DNA of 64,000 bases from Candidatus Heimdallarchaeota archaeon (GCA_030603365.1 JAUVXV010000001.1:352001-416000), one strand, 5' to 3'. Counted from the stretch's first letter, positions 10,173 to 20,504 are shown. Program-made: numbers and translations. Notes: generated by a model from the sequence alone, not told the origin.

Positions 10173-10658
10173 ATGAGTTCAAAAATGAGAATACTGGACA
10201 AACAATCTATGTGGCCAAGCGTTGTTGCAGTTTTTGCAATTTCATTCTTAGCTCAAATACCACATTTTTATTACTTGCATAATATTGTTGAATTTAACAC
10301 CTGGGATTATCTTCCATTGTTGATTGCTTTTCCAATTTTTGGAACATTAGTCTTAACAGCTGTTTCCCTCTTGGTATCTGAAACTCTTATGAATAGAGTC
10401 AGGGATGTAAGAGAAAGAAAATTATACAGATATCTCTTAAGAGGGGCTCTTTACACAGTATTACTTTATTTCTTTATACAGATTTTTATAGTATTCTTTG
10501 GTTTTGAAGCAGTAAAAGTATTTAGTGATCTCATGCCTCCAGATCTAGTTGATAGAGTTGCATTCAAAGAAATATTTGGAATGTCTATAATGTTAATAGT
10601 TGGTTTATTCATCAATCCACCCATTCAGATATCAAGAAGACGAGGTAAAAAGAAATAA
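10173..10658 (+). CDS. Hypothetical 4-TM membrane protein
   Basis: Four hydrophobic segments, basic C-terminal tail. Confidence 0.7.
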   Translation: MSSKMRILDKQSMWPSVVAVFAISFLAQIPHFYYLHNIVEFNTWDYLPLLIAFPIFGTLVLTAVSLLVSETLMNRVRDVRERKLYRYLLRGALYTVLLYFFIQIFIVFFGFEAVKVFSDLMPPDLVDRVAFKEIFGMSIMLIVGLFINPPIQISRRRGKKK

Positions 10659-10729
10659 TCTTTGAAAGAAATACATCTCTCTTTTTAATTTCTTTTTAGG
10701 TTTATATATTATAATGTTAATTTCTCATT

Positions 10730-10817
10730 GAAGCTAGCTTACTTTCTCTGCTGATTGGTTTCAAGTATTTGTCTCTACTCAAAACTTTCGTTTCACCAGC
10801 TTTAGGAAGCTAGCTTC
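10730..10817 (-). ncRNA. Candidate structured RNA / long hairpin element
   Basis: Nested stems of 11, 6 and 10 bp; inner stems pair fully only on the minus strand (G-U pairs). Confidence 0.45.
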
Positions 10818-10881
10818 TTTTTCCATCTTTAATTGAATAATAATTAATTAAAAAACAAGAAAAATAAAAATAAAAGAGAAA

Positions 10882-12399
10882 TTAAGGTATATATTCACCT
10901 TTTTCTCGTTTTTCTTTCAAAAGTTTATAGGATAAAACTAGATTTCTTACTGACCAACCAGAATCAATTCTTCCAACAGAAGTCCATTTTGGTGCATGAT
11001 GAGCATAGTCAGGATCAACCTTAGCTTTCTCCATTTCTTCTGCTACAGTTGCAACATATTTATCAATTCTGTCCTTATTCTCATTTTCTGTTGGCTCAAC
11101 CATCCAAGCTTCATGAGCAATAAGTGGGAAGTAAACTGTTGGTGCATGCAAACCTCTACTGAGTAGCATCTTAGCAATGTCCATTCCTGAAACATCATAA
11201 TTTCTTAAGAATGGAGTTGCTTCTAGAACACCTTCATGTTTTCTAGGAATATCTGGACCATGACTTAGTCTAAAACCATCAAGTTTCTCAAGTTTTCTAA
11301 CTGCATAATTTGCAGTTAAAACAGCATGGTTGGCAGTGTTTACAAGTCCCTTATATCCTAATGCAGCGATGTATGCATAAGCTCTAAGTGCAATGGCTAC
11401 ATTACCATAATATCCATGTAATTTTCCAACAGATTTTGGTCTATCGTAATTGAAATAATAATAGTCTTTGTCTTTATCATAATCTATTGTTGGAACTGGA
11501 AGGTATGGCTCTAATATCTCATTACAACATACTGCTGCAGATCCTGGACCTCCACCACCATGTGGTGTTGCGAATGTTTTATGCAAGTTAAAGTGTAAAA
11601 CGTCGTAACCCATATCTCCTGGTCGTACTTTTCCTATAATTGCATTGAAGTTAGCACCATCATAGTAAAGTAATCCACCTGAGTCTCTTACGATGTTAGA
11701 CATTTCAATAATGTCTTTTTCGAAAATTCCAAGCGTATTAGGATTAGTTAACATCAAACCTGCTGTTTTATCAGACACAGCTGATTTTAGTGCATCCATA
11801 TTTACTCTCCCATCATCATTGGATTTGATTTCAATGAGTTTCATTCCGTTCATGACGGTACTAGCTGGGTTTGTTCCATGACTTGAGTCTGGAGCAATGA
11901 TTTCATCTCTTTGGGTATCTCCTTGATCCTCATGATATGCTTTGATTAATGCTAAACCACAATATTCTCCACTTGCACCAGCTGGTGTTTGCAAAGTTGT
12001 ATACTTAAGCCCTGCTAAATCAGCAAGTGCAACTTGTAGTTCATACATGATTTCAAGCAAACCTTGAGCTGTTTCTTCAGGTTGGTTAGGATGCATATAC
12101 ATCATTTTCTCAGAACGAGCAACAGTTTCGTTGATCTTAGGATTATACTTCATTGTGCATGATCCCAATGGATATGTGTTTATGTCAATACAATAGTTCA
12201 TGTGAGATAAACGTACATAGTGACGCATAACTTCTCCTTCATGAAGCTCAGGCAAATCTGGAGGAGCTGTTCTAATCATGTTTTCAGGAATCTTTATTTT
12301 ATCTCTTGAGAAGTCACATCTTGGTGGAATATGAGCTTTTCTACCTTTCTTACCTAACTCAAAAATAAGTGGTTCGTCATATTTTGCTTGTCGGTACAT
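10882..12399 (-). CDS. gcvPB: Glycine dehydrogenase (decarboxylating) subunit 2
   Basis: PLGSCTMKYNP, HGTNPAS, HFNLHKTFATPHGGGGPG. Confidence 0.96.
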   Translation of the reverse strand: MYRQAKYDEPLIFELGKKGRKAHIPPRCDFSRDKIKIPENMIRTAPPDLPELHEGEVMRHYVRLSHMNYCIDINTYPLGSCTMKYNPKINETVARSEKMMYMHPNQPEETAQGLLEIMYELQVALADLAGLKYTTLQTPAGASGEYCGLALIKAYHEDQGDTQRDEIIAPDSSHGTNPASTVMNGMKLIEIKSNDDGRVNMDALKSAVSDKTAGLMLTNPNTLGIFEKDIIEMSNIVRDSGGLLYYDGANFNAIIGKVRPGDMGYDVLHFNLHKTFATPHGGGGPGSAAVCCNEILEPYLPVPTIDYDKDKDYYYFNYDRPKSVGKLHGYYGNVAIALRAYAYIAALGYKGLVNTANHAVLTANYAVRKLEKLDGFRLSHGPDIPRKHEGVLEATPFLRNYDVSGMDIAKMLLSRGLHAPTVYFPLIAHEAWMVEPTENENKDRIDKYVATVAEEMEKAKVDPDYAHHAPKWTSVGRIDSGWSVRNLVLSYKLLKEKREKGEYIP

Positions 12400-12400
12400 T

Positions 12401-13786
12401 TTAATTCCTCCATTCTCCTATGGCCTTAACATAATCGTTAAGATCCTCTTCACATAGCAGATATGATGTTGTGACTAGATAGTCGTAGTTATTTCCATCA
12501 AACGAGTGAGGAATTCCAGGAAAGATTTTTCTTTCAAGCATGAAATCTGTAAATTCCTTCTTTTTCTCTTTTGGAATCTTCAAATCAAGAACAAAAGTAT
12601 TGAAGAACTCACTATCAAAAATCCTTTTGATTCCATTCTTTTCTAATTCTTCTGCTACATAATGAGCACTAAGATACATAGTTTCTGCACTATCTTTATA
12701 CCCTTCTGGACCAAGAAGTGACAGATGAATAGCACAACTTAAGGCAATTAGGCCTTCATTTGTACAAATATTACTTGTAGCTCTTTCTCTTTTGATGTGT
12801 TGTTCTCTTGTTTCAAGAGTATTAGCATAAGCTCTTTCTCCTTCATTGGATGTAGTTGTTATTCCCACTATACGTCCAGGCATCTGTCTAGTTTCTCTTC
12901 TATCGAATTTCATTGCTAAAATTCCTAAAAGAGGACCTCCAAAGTTGAGCGGACCACCACCTATTGTTTGACCTTCTCCTATACAGATGTCAGCTCCATA
13001 TTCAGCAGGTGGTTTCATAAGTGCTAAAGAGTTCATATCTGCTCCAACAACAACTTTAACGCCGTGTTCGTGAGCTTTAGTAATAATTTCATCCAATTTA
13101 TCTTCAATAACTCCAAAGAAATTTGGGTTTTCTATGTAAATACCGGCAACGGTATCATCCAACATTTCTTTAGCTTTAGTAATATCTATCTTACCGGTTG
13201 CAGGGTCATATGGAATTGATGCTAGCTCTAGATTAGCTCCAACTACATAACTCTTCAGAACAGCTTCTCTGTTTGGTGCAGTAGCAGCTGTATAGATGAA
13301 TTTGTTTCTTTTAGTGATTCTAGCTGACATAAGTGCAGCTTCGCCCACTCCAGTAGCCCAATCATATAAAGAGCAGTTGGCAACATTCATACCTGTTAAT
13401 TCACAAATCATACTTTGATACTCAAATAAACTCTGGAGAGTTCCTTGGGATATCTCAGGTTGATAAGGAGTATAAGCACTGTAAAATTCAGTTCTTCTGA
13501 GCAGTTCATCTTGGATAGCTGGCATATAAATGTCCAAAACTCCTCCACCGATGAATGATCTAACCTCTCTTGTGGTGATATTTTTACTTAGTTTAGTTTT
13601 AATAGCTTCTAATAGCTCATATTCACTCTTGTAGAAAGGAAGATCTAACTCACCTTTGAAACGAATTTCATCAGGTATATCGGAATATAACTCTTCAATA
13701 TCTTTGATACCGAGATATTCCATCATTTCATCCAGATCTTGCTGACTGTTTGCAAGGTATGGGTGTCCTTTAAAATCATTTTTCAT
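12401..13786 (-). CDS. gcvPA: Glycine dehydrogenase subunit 1
   Basis: YTPYQPEISQG, REQHIKRERATSNICTN. Confidence 0.96.
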   Translation of the reverse strand: MKNDFKGHPYLANSQQDLDEMMEYLGIKDIEELYSDIPDEIRFKGELDLPFYKSEYELLEAIKTKLSKNITTREVRSFIGGGVLDIYMPAIQDELLRRTEFYSAYTPYQPEISQGTLQSLFEYQSMICELTGMNVANCSLYDWATGVGEAALMSARITKRNKFIYTAATAPNREAVLKSYVVGANLELASIPYDPATGKIDITKAKEMLDDTVAGIYIENPNFFGVIEDKLDEIITKAHEHGVKVVVGADMNSLALMKPPAEYGADICIGEGQTIGGGPLNFGGPLLGILAMKFDRRETRQMPGRIVGITTTSNEGERAYANTLETREQHIKRERATSNICTNEGLIALSCAIHLSLLGPEGYKDSAETMYLSAHYVAEELEKNGIKRIFDSEFFNTFVLDLKIPKEKKKEFTDFMLERKIFPGIPHSFDGNNYDYLVTTSYLLCEEDLNDYVKAIGEWRN

Positions 13787-13814
13787 TTTTGTACCTCTTT
13801 ATTATATATAAAAA

Positions 13815-13839
13815 TAGAGGGGGAAAAAATTCACCTCTA
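13815..13839 (-). terminator. Intra-operon hairpin between gcvH and gcvPA
   Basis: TAGAGG..CCTCTA inverted repeat followed by a T-run on the minus strand. Confidence 0.35.
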
Positions 13840-13845
13840 AAAAAT

Positions 13846-14274
13846 CTAATGAGTTCCTTCTTCTATTTCTTTTTCGACTTGTTTTGCATACTCTTCAGCA
13901 CTGATCAAAACATCTGTACCAGCTGTTGGCTTGACCTTTAACATCCAACCTTCAGCGTAACAGTCTTCTGTGATTACTGCTGCATCATCCTCTAAGTCTG
14001 AATGAACCTCAACAACTTCACAATCGAAAGGAGCATAAAAATCAGAAACTGTCTTCAAAGCTTCAATGATACCCATTGATTCACCAGTAGAAAAGGTATC
14101 ACCTACTGCTGGAAGCTCTACATATGCTAATTCACCAAGCTCTACAGCTGCATAGTTTGTGACGCCGTATAACCAGACGCCATTTTCTTCTAGTACCCAT
14201 TCATGTGTTGTTGTATATTTGTAGGGTTCTTTCAAGAATTTGTATTTATCTTTAAGTACAATTTCGTCTACCAT
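13846..14274 (-). CDS. gcvH: Glycine cleavage system H protein
   Basis: YTTTHEW, GVTNYA..LG, lipoyl-Lys motif EALKTVSD. Confidence 0.93.
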   Translation of the reverse strand: MVDEIVLKDKYKFLKEPYKYTTTHEWVLEENGVWLYGVTNYAAVELGELAYVELPAVGDTFSTGESMGIIEALKTVSDFYAPFDCEVVEVHSDLEDDAAVITEDCYAEGWMLKVKPTAGTDVLISAEEYAKQVEKEIEEGTH

Positions 14275-14390
14275 TTTGAATCATCTTCTTTTGTAGAATT
14301 GATTTAACGAAAAGAAGTTCAGTTTATAAATATTATTAATAAGATACGATTTGATTTTCTTCATTAGTTTATTAAGTATAGAACCTTTTT

Positions 14391-14819
14391 CTATAAGTCT
14401 ACAATAACATGACAATACCATTCTTTCTCTTGTTTTTCTAGTACAAATTTATGCATAGTAACAGCTTTCACATCTGTTAAGATTTCATTTTTTGTATAAT
14501 CAATTGTTGCCCCATGAGCTGTACATTTGAGAAAATAGTCGTTGTTTTCAGTTATATCAATATTATAATCCTTAAATAGAATTGATTCAACATCTTTAAG
14601 GAAAACTAGTTCTCCCAGGAAATCATAAAGCAACAAATTAAGATTCTCAGATTTAATTTCAAAATCCCAAGTTTTATCAGATTCTAATTCTTCAACGTTT
14701 ACCATAGCTAACATCATTGCTATTCCTGCTCCTCTAAACAGTTCTGAAAGAGTATCTGAATGAACTTCAAAAGCAAAATCGGATTTTACTTCCTCTGTTA
14801 GTATTTTGTATCTGAACAT
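14391..14819 (-). CDS. Archease
   Basis: DVKAVTMH, C-terminal VDL; divergent from rtcB; likely start ATG 14819. Confidence 0.88.
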   Translation of the reverse strand: MFRYKILTEEVKSDFAFEVHSDTLSELFRGAGIAMMLAMVNVEELESDKTWDFEIKSENLNLLLYDFLGELVFLKDVESILFKDYNIDITENNDYFLKCTAHGATIDYTKNEILTDVKAVTMHKFVLEKQEKEWYCHVIVDL

Positions 14820-14919
14820 TGAAATCACTTGAATTATAACTAAACGAAATAAAAATAATCCCTTGTTTGTTTTTTTCTGATAAAACACGAGATTTATTAA
14901 AACCTAGCTTTTCTTTTAG

Positions 14920-16404
14920 ATGAGTATAATGTCAAGTAATGATATTCCTATGAAACAAATAGATCAATCTACTTGGGAAATTCCCACTTCTTACAAAAAA
15001 GGGATGAGAGTACCTGTAAGATTGATAGTTACTCCAGAACTTAAGAAAGGAATTGAGTACAGAGTAATAGATCAGATTACAAATGTCGCAACTCTACCTG
15101 GGATTCAGAAATATGCAATAGCTCTTCCTGATGCACATGCAGGTTATGGTTTTCCAATTGGGGGAGTTGCTGCTATGGATATGGAAGAAGGTGTTATAAG
15201 TCCTGGAGGAGTGGGTTTTGATATAAATTGTGGAGTGAGAATGCTTACAACAACTCTTGAAGAAAGAGATGTTCGTCCTAAAATTCGAGAACTAGTAGAT
15301 AAATTATTCAAGTATGTACCTGCAGGAGTTGGAGTACAGCTTAAACATGATCCAAAATTGGCTAGTATCTCACGATCAGAATTTGATTCTGTTCTAGAAA
15401 ATGGTGCACAATGGTGTCTAGAGAATGGTTATGCCCGTGAAGAAGATGTGCGCAGGATAGAAAGTCAAGGAAAAATGCCAGAAGCTAACCCTTCTAAAGT
15501 AAGTGATAAAGCAAAAAGTAGGGGATTGAGACAATTAGGTACTCTTGGTTCTGGTAATCATTATCTAGAAATTCAAGTTATCAAACCAGGTGATTTATTC
15601 GATCCTGAGATGGGAGCTAAATTTGGTTTGAACAAACCTTATCAAGTAACAACAATGATACATTGTGGTTCTAGAGGATTTGGGCATCAAGTTGCTACTG
15701 ATTATCTTAGAACTTGTTTAACAGCTATGAACAAATATAATCTCCAAGTGCTTGATCAAGAATTAGCTAGTGTACCAATCAATTCGAAAGAAGGAGAAGA
15801 CTACTTCCAAGCAATGAGCTGCGCCTCCAATATGGCATTTGCAAACAGACAGATAATTACACATAATGTTCGACAAGTTTTCACTGAAGTGTTTCAGCAA
15901 GATGAAGATGAATTAGGTCTTGATTTAATTTATGATGTGGCTCATAATATTGCTAAGATTGAGGACCATGTAATAGACGGGGAAAAGAGGAAATTAATGG
16001 TTCATCGTAAAGGTGCAACAAGGTGCTTTCCACCAAATCATCCAGAAATTCCTAAGGAGTATAAAGATTTAGGTCAGCCTGTTATTCTAGGTGGGTCAAT
16101 GGAAACAGGATCCTATTTGCTTACAGGAACTCAAAGAGCGATGGATGTAAGTTTTGGTTCTACAGCTCATGGAGCAGGAAGAACAATGAGTAGAAGTAAA
16201 GCTAAAAGGCAAATCAGAGGAGACTTCCTTCAACAGAAAATGAGGGAAAAAGGCATTTATGTTAGAGGTGCATCAATGCCTGGATTAGCAGAAGAAGCTG
16301 GATTTGCTTACAAAGATGTTGATGAAGTTGTAAATGCTCTGAAGATTGCAGGTATTGGTCATCCTGTTGTTAGAGTAAGACCACTTGGAAATGTAAAAGG
16401 ATAA
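14920..16404 (+). CDS. rtcB: tRNA-splicing ligase RtcB
   Basis: PDAHAGYGFPIG, GFDINCG, GSGNHYLE, HCGSRG, HRKGAT, STAHGAGR. Confidence 0.97.
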   Translation: MSIMSSNDIPMKQIDQSTWEIPTSYKKGMRVPVRLIVTPELKKGIEYRVIDQITNVATLPGIQKYAIALPDAHAGYGFPIGGVAAMDMEEGVISPGGVGFDINCGVRMLTTTLEERDVRPKIRELVDKLFKYVPAGVGVQLKHDPKLASISRSEFDSVLENGAQWCLENGYAREEDVRRIESQGKMPEANPSKVSDKAKSRGLRQLGTLGSGNHYLEIQVIKPGDLFDPEMGAKFGLNKPYQVTTMIHCGSRGFGHQVATDYLRTCLTAMNKYNLQVLDQELASVPINSKEGEDYFQAMSCASNMAFANRQIITHNVRQVFTEVFQQDEDELGLDLIYDVAHNIAKIEDHVIDGEKRKLMVHRKGATRCFPPNHPEIPKEYKDLGQPVILGGSMETGSYLLTGTQRAMDVSFGSTAHGAGRTMSRSKAKRQIRGDFLQQKMREKGIYVRGASMPGLAEEAGFAYKDVDEVVNALKIAGIGHPVVRVRPLGNVKG

Positions 16405-16417
16405 ACAATCCTTTTCT

Positions 16418-17449
16418 CTATTTTTGTCTCAAATCAACTATTTCAGTTTCTAGTCCTTTTTCTTTGGTCCATTCTATTATTTCTTCCAAGGATAGCTCAA
16501 GATTTTCCATTTCTGCTCCTGATGCACCTTTATGACCTCCACCAGCCATCTGTTTTGCTAGTAGATCAACTCGATACTTCTCGACAGCTTCAGGTTTTAG
16601 AGCTCTACTTAATCTAAGACTTATTTTTACTTCAGCAGGATAAACTGTAATATATGCAACTCCTATAGCACCTTTTTTCATTACTTCTCTTGCAATAAAG
16701 GCAGTATTGTAGTGAAAAGGAGAGTCAATAATTATAATGAAATCTTTGAGATCAATTTCTTCAGTTCTTTCAAAAGCATCTTTTCTTGATTGTCTTAGAA
16801 CTTTTACTCGGTCCAATATTTCTTCTTTCCATAGTCCAGACAAACCGCTGATAGAAAGAATTTCAATGAGTTGATCATGCTCTTCTACAGTGTAAGTTGA
16901 TTTACAGACATCTTGTAAGAACCACACTTTATCATCCCAATCATTTTCTTCAAAATTCTCTTTGAGTGTTAAGGGAGCTGGAGTTTTATAACTTGCAGTA
17001 TCTGTTATTTCAGTCATATCTGCTAATTCTTTCATGAAGTTCGATACCTTATCAGAAAAATAAATTGCAATAAGAGCTGCTGCACTTGGAGCTTTGGGAT
17101 CAAAAACATGTTCTTTTGCATTAATTTTATGACCTACATTAGAAATATGGTGATCGAAGAAGTAATCAATTTCTTTAGAATTAAAAGGACTTAAGTCAAC
17201 AATTGCGAACCAATTTGTTAGAACAAAACTCTCCATAACTTCTTTATCTTTTAACATAGGATAATCAATAGGTATGAATAGTAGTTCAATAGAAGGAAAA
17301 ACATGTTTTACAAGTGCTGCAGATACAATTCCGTCTGGACAATTGAAATGATATCCAACTTTTTTATTAGTTTCTTTTGAAATTTCTAGAATCTTTGAAC
17401 GATATTGTTCCTTTTGCTCTATTAGCTCTTTCATTGATTTTGTTGTCAT
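16418..17449 (-). CDS. DHH/DHHA1 family phosphoesterase (nanoRNase-like)
   Basis: PDG, IVDL, FDHH, PSAA, GGGHKGASG. Confidence 0.8.
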   Translation of the reverse strand: MTTKSMKELIEQKEQYRSKILEISKETNKKVGYHFNCPDGIVSAALVKHVFPSIELLFIPIDYPMLKDKEVMESFVLTNWFAIVDLSPFNSKEIDYFFDHHISNVGHKINAKEHVFDPKAPSAAALIAIYFSDKVSNFMKELADMTEITDTASYKTPAPLTLKENFEENDWDDKVWFLQDVCKSTYTVEEHDQLIEILSISGLSGLWKEEILDRVKVLRQSRKDAFERTEEIDLKDFIIIIDSPFHYNTAFIAREVMKKGAIGVAYITVYPAEVKISLRLSRALKPEAVEKYRVDLLAKQMAGGGHKGASGAEMENLELSLEEIIEWTKEKGLETEIVDLRQK

Positions 17450-17454
17450 TTTAG

Positions 17455-18237
17455 TTACTCCCCTATATTTGTGTAGTTTCTCAAATTATCTTGGAGAATA
17501 TTAGAAATTTCTTCCATGTCATGATGAGTAATTTCTATTATTTTCTGCATAACTTTAGGAATAATTCCTGGTGACCCAATAACTCTTTCATTATTTATTG
17601 TATATTTAACATTTCCATCTGATTCTGTAAGAATTCGATTTATTGAAACTTTTTTGAGGACATCAATGTGAGGAGAACCAGTTAGAATTGAAGGATTGAC
17701 TGTAAAGAAATAATCTCTTTCGATAAATTGGTTCAATATATGAGAGGGACCAGAGTACCAGTGAATTAATACATTATTAGACGGGATTTTATAGGATGAA
17801 AGTATACTTGCGATTTCTACTTCTGCTCCCTTAAGATGGATATTTACTGGAAGACTGTTCTTCTCTGCAATTTGTAGGAAGAAACGAAAATATTGTTCTT
17901 GATACGGATATCGTTCTTCCTTTTTAATAAAATGATGATCTAATCCTATCTCACCAATAATTACTTTTTTGTGTTCTGAAAACAATTTAAGGAAGTTTTC
18001 CTTCGTTTCGTTAGTTAATGTTTTTTTAGCATTCCATGGATGAACGCCAATACCAGGTATTATTCTATCAAATTCCCTACTTAAATCCAAGATTTTTTTT
18101 GATTCTGAATACTTGGTTGAAACTCCGATGACATATTCTAATCCTTGTTCACTCCATTGTTCCATTGAAGACTCTAGATTAAAGTCTTTTTGAAAACTCT
18201 TACTTGCAAGATGGCAATGGGCATCATGAAATTTCAT
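17455..18237 (-). CDS. tatD: TatD family hydrolase/DNase
   Basis: DAHCH, GVHPW, IGEIGLD, HWYSG, LTESD; likely start ATG 18237. Confidence 0.92.
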   Translation of the reverse strand: MKFHDAHCHLASKSFQKDFNLESSMEQWSEQGLEYVIGVSTKYSESKKILDLSREFDRIIPGIGVHPWNAKKTLTNETKENFLKLFSEHKKVIIGEIGLDHHFIKKEERYPYQEQYFRFFLQIAEKNSLPVNIHLKGAEVEIASILSSYKIPSNNVLIHWYSGPSHILNQFIERDYFFTVNPSILTGSPHIDVLKKVSINRILTESDGNVKYTINNERVIGSPGIIPKVMQKIIEITHHDMEEISNILQDNLRNYTNIGE

Positions 18238-18288
18238 CAATTGAACTTCAATCACATCTTTTATATCTTTTCACTTATTTGTACATCT

Positions 18289-18477
18289 ATGGACAAAGAA
18301 TTACTACCTCTAGAAGAAAGAGTAAAAAAACTTGAACAAGAGGTTGAAAGATTAAGTAGACTACTTGAATCTCATGTAAGGGCTCATGGTGTTACTCCAA
18401 CTGTTCATCCACCCGTTCATCCAGATCGTCCATTTAATTCAAAACATCCTGATGTTGGACCCCCTAAAGAGTATTAG
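18289..18477 (+). CDS. Small coiled-coil protein with His/Pro-rich tail
   Basis: 62 aa from ATG 18289: LEERVKKLEQEVERL heptads then HPPVHPDRP..HPDVGPP; fills the gap before the GTPase. Confidence 0.6.
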   Translation: MDKELLPLEERVKKLEQEVERLSRLLESHVRAHGVTPTVHPPVHPDRPFNSKHPDVGPPKEY

Positions 18478-18495
18478 TTCTATTGAATGTAAACA

Positions 18496-19338
18496 GTGAA
18501 AAAAATGCCAAGAAAAGACGATTATGATACTATGGTATATAAGATGATCAGAGATAGTGATGTGATCATTGAGGTTGTTGATGCTAGATTTCCTAGTTTA
18601 TCTCGTACTAAGAAATTTGAAAATATGGTTCTGAGAAATCCTTCAAAAACACTTCTGATTGCAATGAATAAAGTTGATCTTGTACCAAATCATATAGTTA
18701 CAAAATGGAAGAAAATACTTGAAAAAGAGCGAATTTCTATTATTCCTACATCAGCCAGAGAAAGATTAAGTACATCAATACTAAGAAACCGGATTATTTC
18801 CTCTGCAGATAAGGAATTCTTCTACATTACCTCTTGTTTTATAGGTTTACCAAATACAGGAAAAAGTTCTCTTATCAATATTCTAAAGGGAAGATCAAGT
18901 GCTCCTGTTGCCCCCATACCTGGGTTTACCAAAGCATTGCAAGTACTTCGAATCACAACTAGATTAAGAATTTTTGATACTCCGGGAGTAATACCAGTTA
19001 AATTGTCAATGGCAGATCAGATACTTATAGGTATAATTAGACCAGAAAAGCTTTCGGATCCAGTTAAGGCAGCTTGGTCACTCATACATCGTATAGATGA
19101 AATTAATCCTAATATTATTTCTAAAACTTATGAAATAGAATATGAGTCTCCTCCTGAATTTCTAGAGAAATTCGCTGAAAAAAGACACAAGAAAAAGAAA
19201 GGTGGAGAACTTGATTTAGAAACTGCAGCTCGAGTTTTACTAGCAGAACACACTAACAAAGCTAAAATCCCTATCTGGGAAGATCCAGATAAATATTTGA
19301 TAGAAAAAAGGGAAAAAGAAAAGGAAAGAAGTGTTTAA
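18496..19338 (+). CDS. Circularly permuted ribosome-biogenesis GTPase (RbgA/YlqF/Nog2 family)
   Basis: DAR, NKVD (G4), SAR (G5), GLPNTGKSS (G1), PGFT (G2), DTPG (G3). Confidence 0.92.
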   Translation: MKKMPRKDDYDTMVYKMIRDSDVIIEVVDARFPSLSRTKKFENMVLRNPSKTLLIAMNKVDLVPNHIVTKWKKILEKERISIIPTSARERLSTSILRNRIISSADKEFFYITSCFIGLPNTGKSSLINILKGRSSAPVAPIPGFTKALQVLRITTRLRIFDTPGVIPVKLSMADQILIGIIRPEKLSDPVKAAWSLIHRIDEINPNIISKTYEIEYESPPEFLEKFAEKRHKKKKGGELDLETAARVLLAEHTNKAKIPIWEDPDKYLIEKREKEKERSV

Positions 19339-20504
19339 GCTTCTCGCTTCCAACCAAACTTAGTAGTATCATAAAATGGCATTTTTACTACTTTTGCTTT
19401 GACTTGGTTTTTACGGATTTGGACTAGTACTTCAGTTTCTGGTTCTGCGTATTTAATATCTACAAAACCCATACCGACACCAATATTACCAATTACTGGA
19501 GAACGGACACCATTTACCATAGATCCTATTTTCTCTCCTGCTGTGTTGAGTATATCATAGTCAGCTCTTGGAATTCCTTTATCAAGAAGCTTAATTCCAA
19601 CATGTTTGATTTTTACACCTTCGTTCTTAGCTTTCAAAAGAGCTTCTTTGCCAAAGTAAAATGGCTCTTTATCATGTTTGCAGAAGATTTTGAAATCATA
19701 CCCAGTTTCAACTGGAGTAACTTCTTCATGAATATCCTCACCATAAAGCGGTAATCCTGCTTCTATTCTTAACGCATCACGAGCACCAAGACCACAAAGA
19801 GCAATACCTACTTCCTTACCAGCTTCAAGAATAGCGTTCCATACTTTGATTCCTTTTTCAGGATTTGCTAAATCAGAATCAAATATAACTACTTCAAAAC
19901 CCATTTCACCAGTATAACCTGTACCAGTGAATAGACATTTACATCCCTCAATTTCAGCTTCAATCATCTTCCATCTGCCAGTATCAGATACACCTAAGTT
20001 ATCCAATATTACTTTAGTATTTGGTCCCTGAACTGCGAACATAGTTGTCTCTAATGTCCAATCTTTAAATTCAAGAGGTTCTCCTGTCATTTCTTCAAAA
20101 ATTTTAACAAATTGACCAATCCAAGCTAAAACCTTTACTGTTTGGCTTCCAGCATTACAGACATTGAAATAATCTGTTTCGCTTTTCTTACCAATAATTG
20201 TATCATCTCGGTATCCAGCATTCTCATTAAGATAATAGGTGTATCCACACTTCATATCATCCATTGCAGCGATGTCTCTTGGTGTGAGTAGTTCCATCAA
20301 CTTAGTAGCATATTTTCCTTTTAGAGAATAACGACCCATATCTGTTACTTCAACAATAGAAACATTTTCTCTTGTTGCCATTATCTCATCATCAATTCCT
20401 GTGTAAGATACAGGAAGATAGTAGCCAGCAAAATCAATCATTCTTGCTCCAGCATCTTCATGAACTTTCCACATAGGAGTTTTTACTAATTTACCCATAA
20501 TCAT
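19335..20504 (-). CDS. gcvT: Glycine cleavage aminomethyltransferase T
   Basis: FAGYYLP, AVQGP, TGYTGEMGFE, GLGARDALRIEAGLPLYG. Confidence 0.95.
   Translation of the reverse strand: MIMGKLVKTPMWKVHEDAGARMIDFAGYYLPVSYTGIDDEIMATRENVSIVEVTDMGRYSLKGKYATKLMELLTPRDIAAMDDMKCGYTYYLNENAGYRDDTIIGKKSETDYFNVCNAGSQTVKVLAWIGQFVKIFEEMTGEPLEFKDWTLETTMFAVQGPNTKVILDNLGVSDTGRWKMIEAEIEGCKCLFTGTGYTGEMGFEVVIFDSDLANPEKGIKVWNAILEAGKEVGIALCGLGARDALRIEAGLPLYGEDIHEEVTPVETGYDFKIFCKHDKEPFYFGKEALLKAKNEGVKIKHVGIKLLDKGIPRADYDILNTAGEKIGSMVNGVRSPVIGNIGVGMGFVDIKYAEPETEVLVQIRKNQVKAKVVKMPFYDTTKFGWKREA

Noticed and set aside
10730-10817. Hammerhead ribozyme, glycine riboswitch or SECIS identity for the hairpin
   Set aside because: CUGGUGA deviates from CUGANGA and stem II does not close onto GAAA. 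Glycine-aptamer motifs are absent and the element is 3' of the genes. No in-frame UGA selenoprotein candidate is nearby.
10779-10826. Short minus-strand ORF MEKEASFLKLVKRKF*
   Set aside because: Only 15 codons, overlaps the structured element and has no recognisable motif
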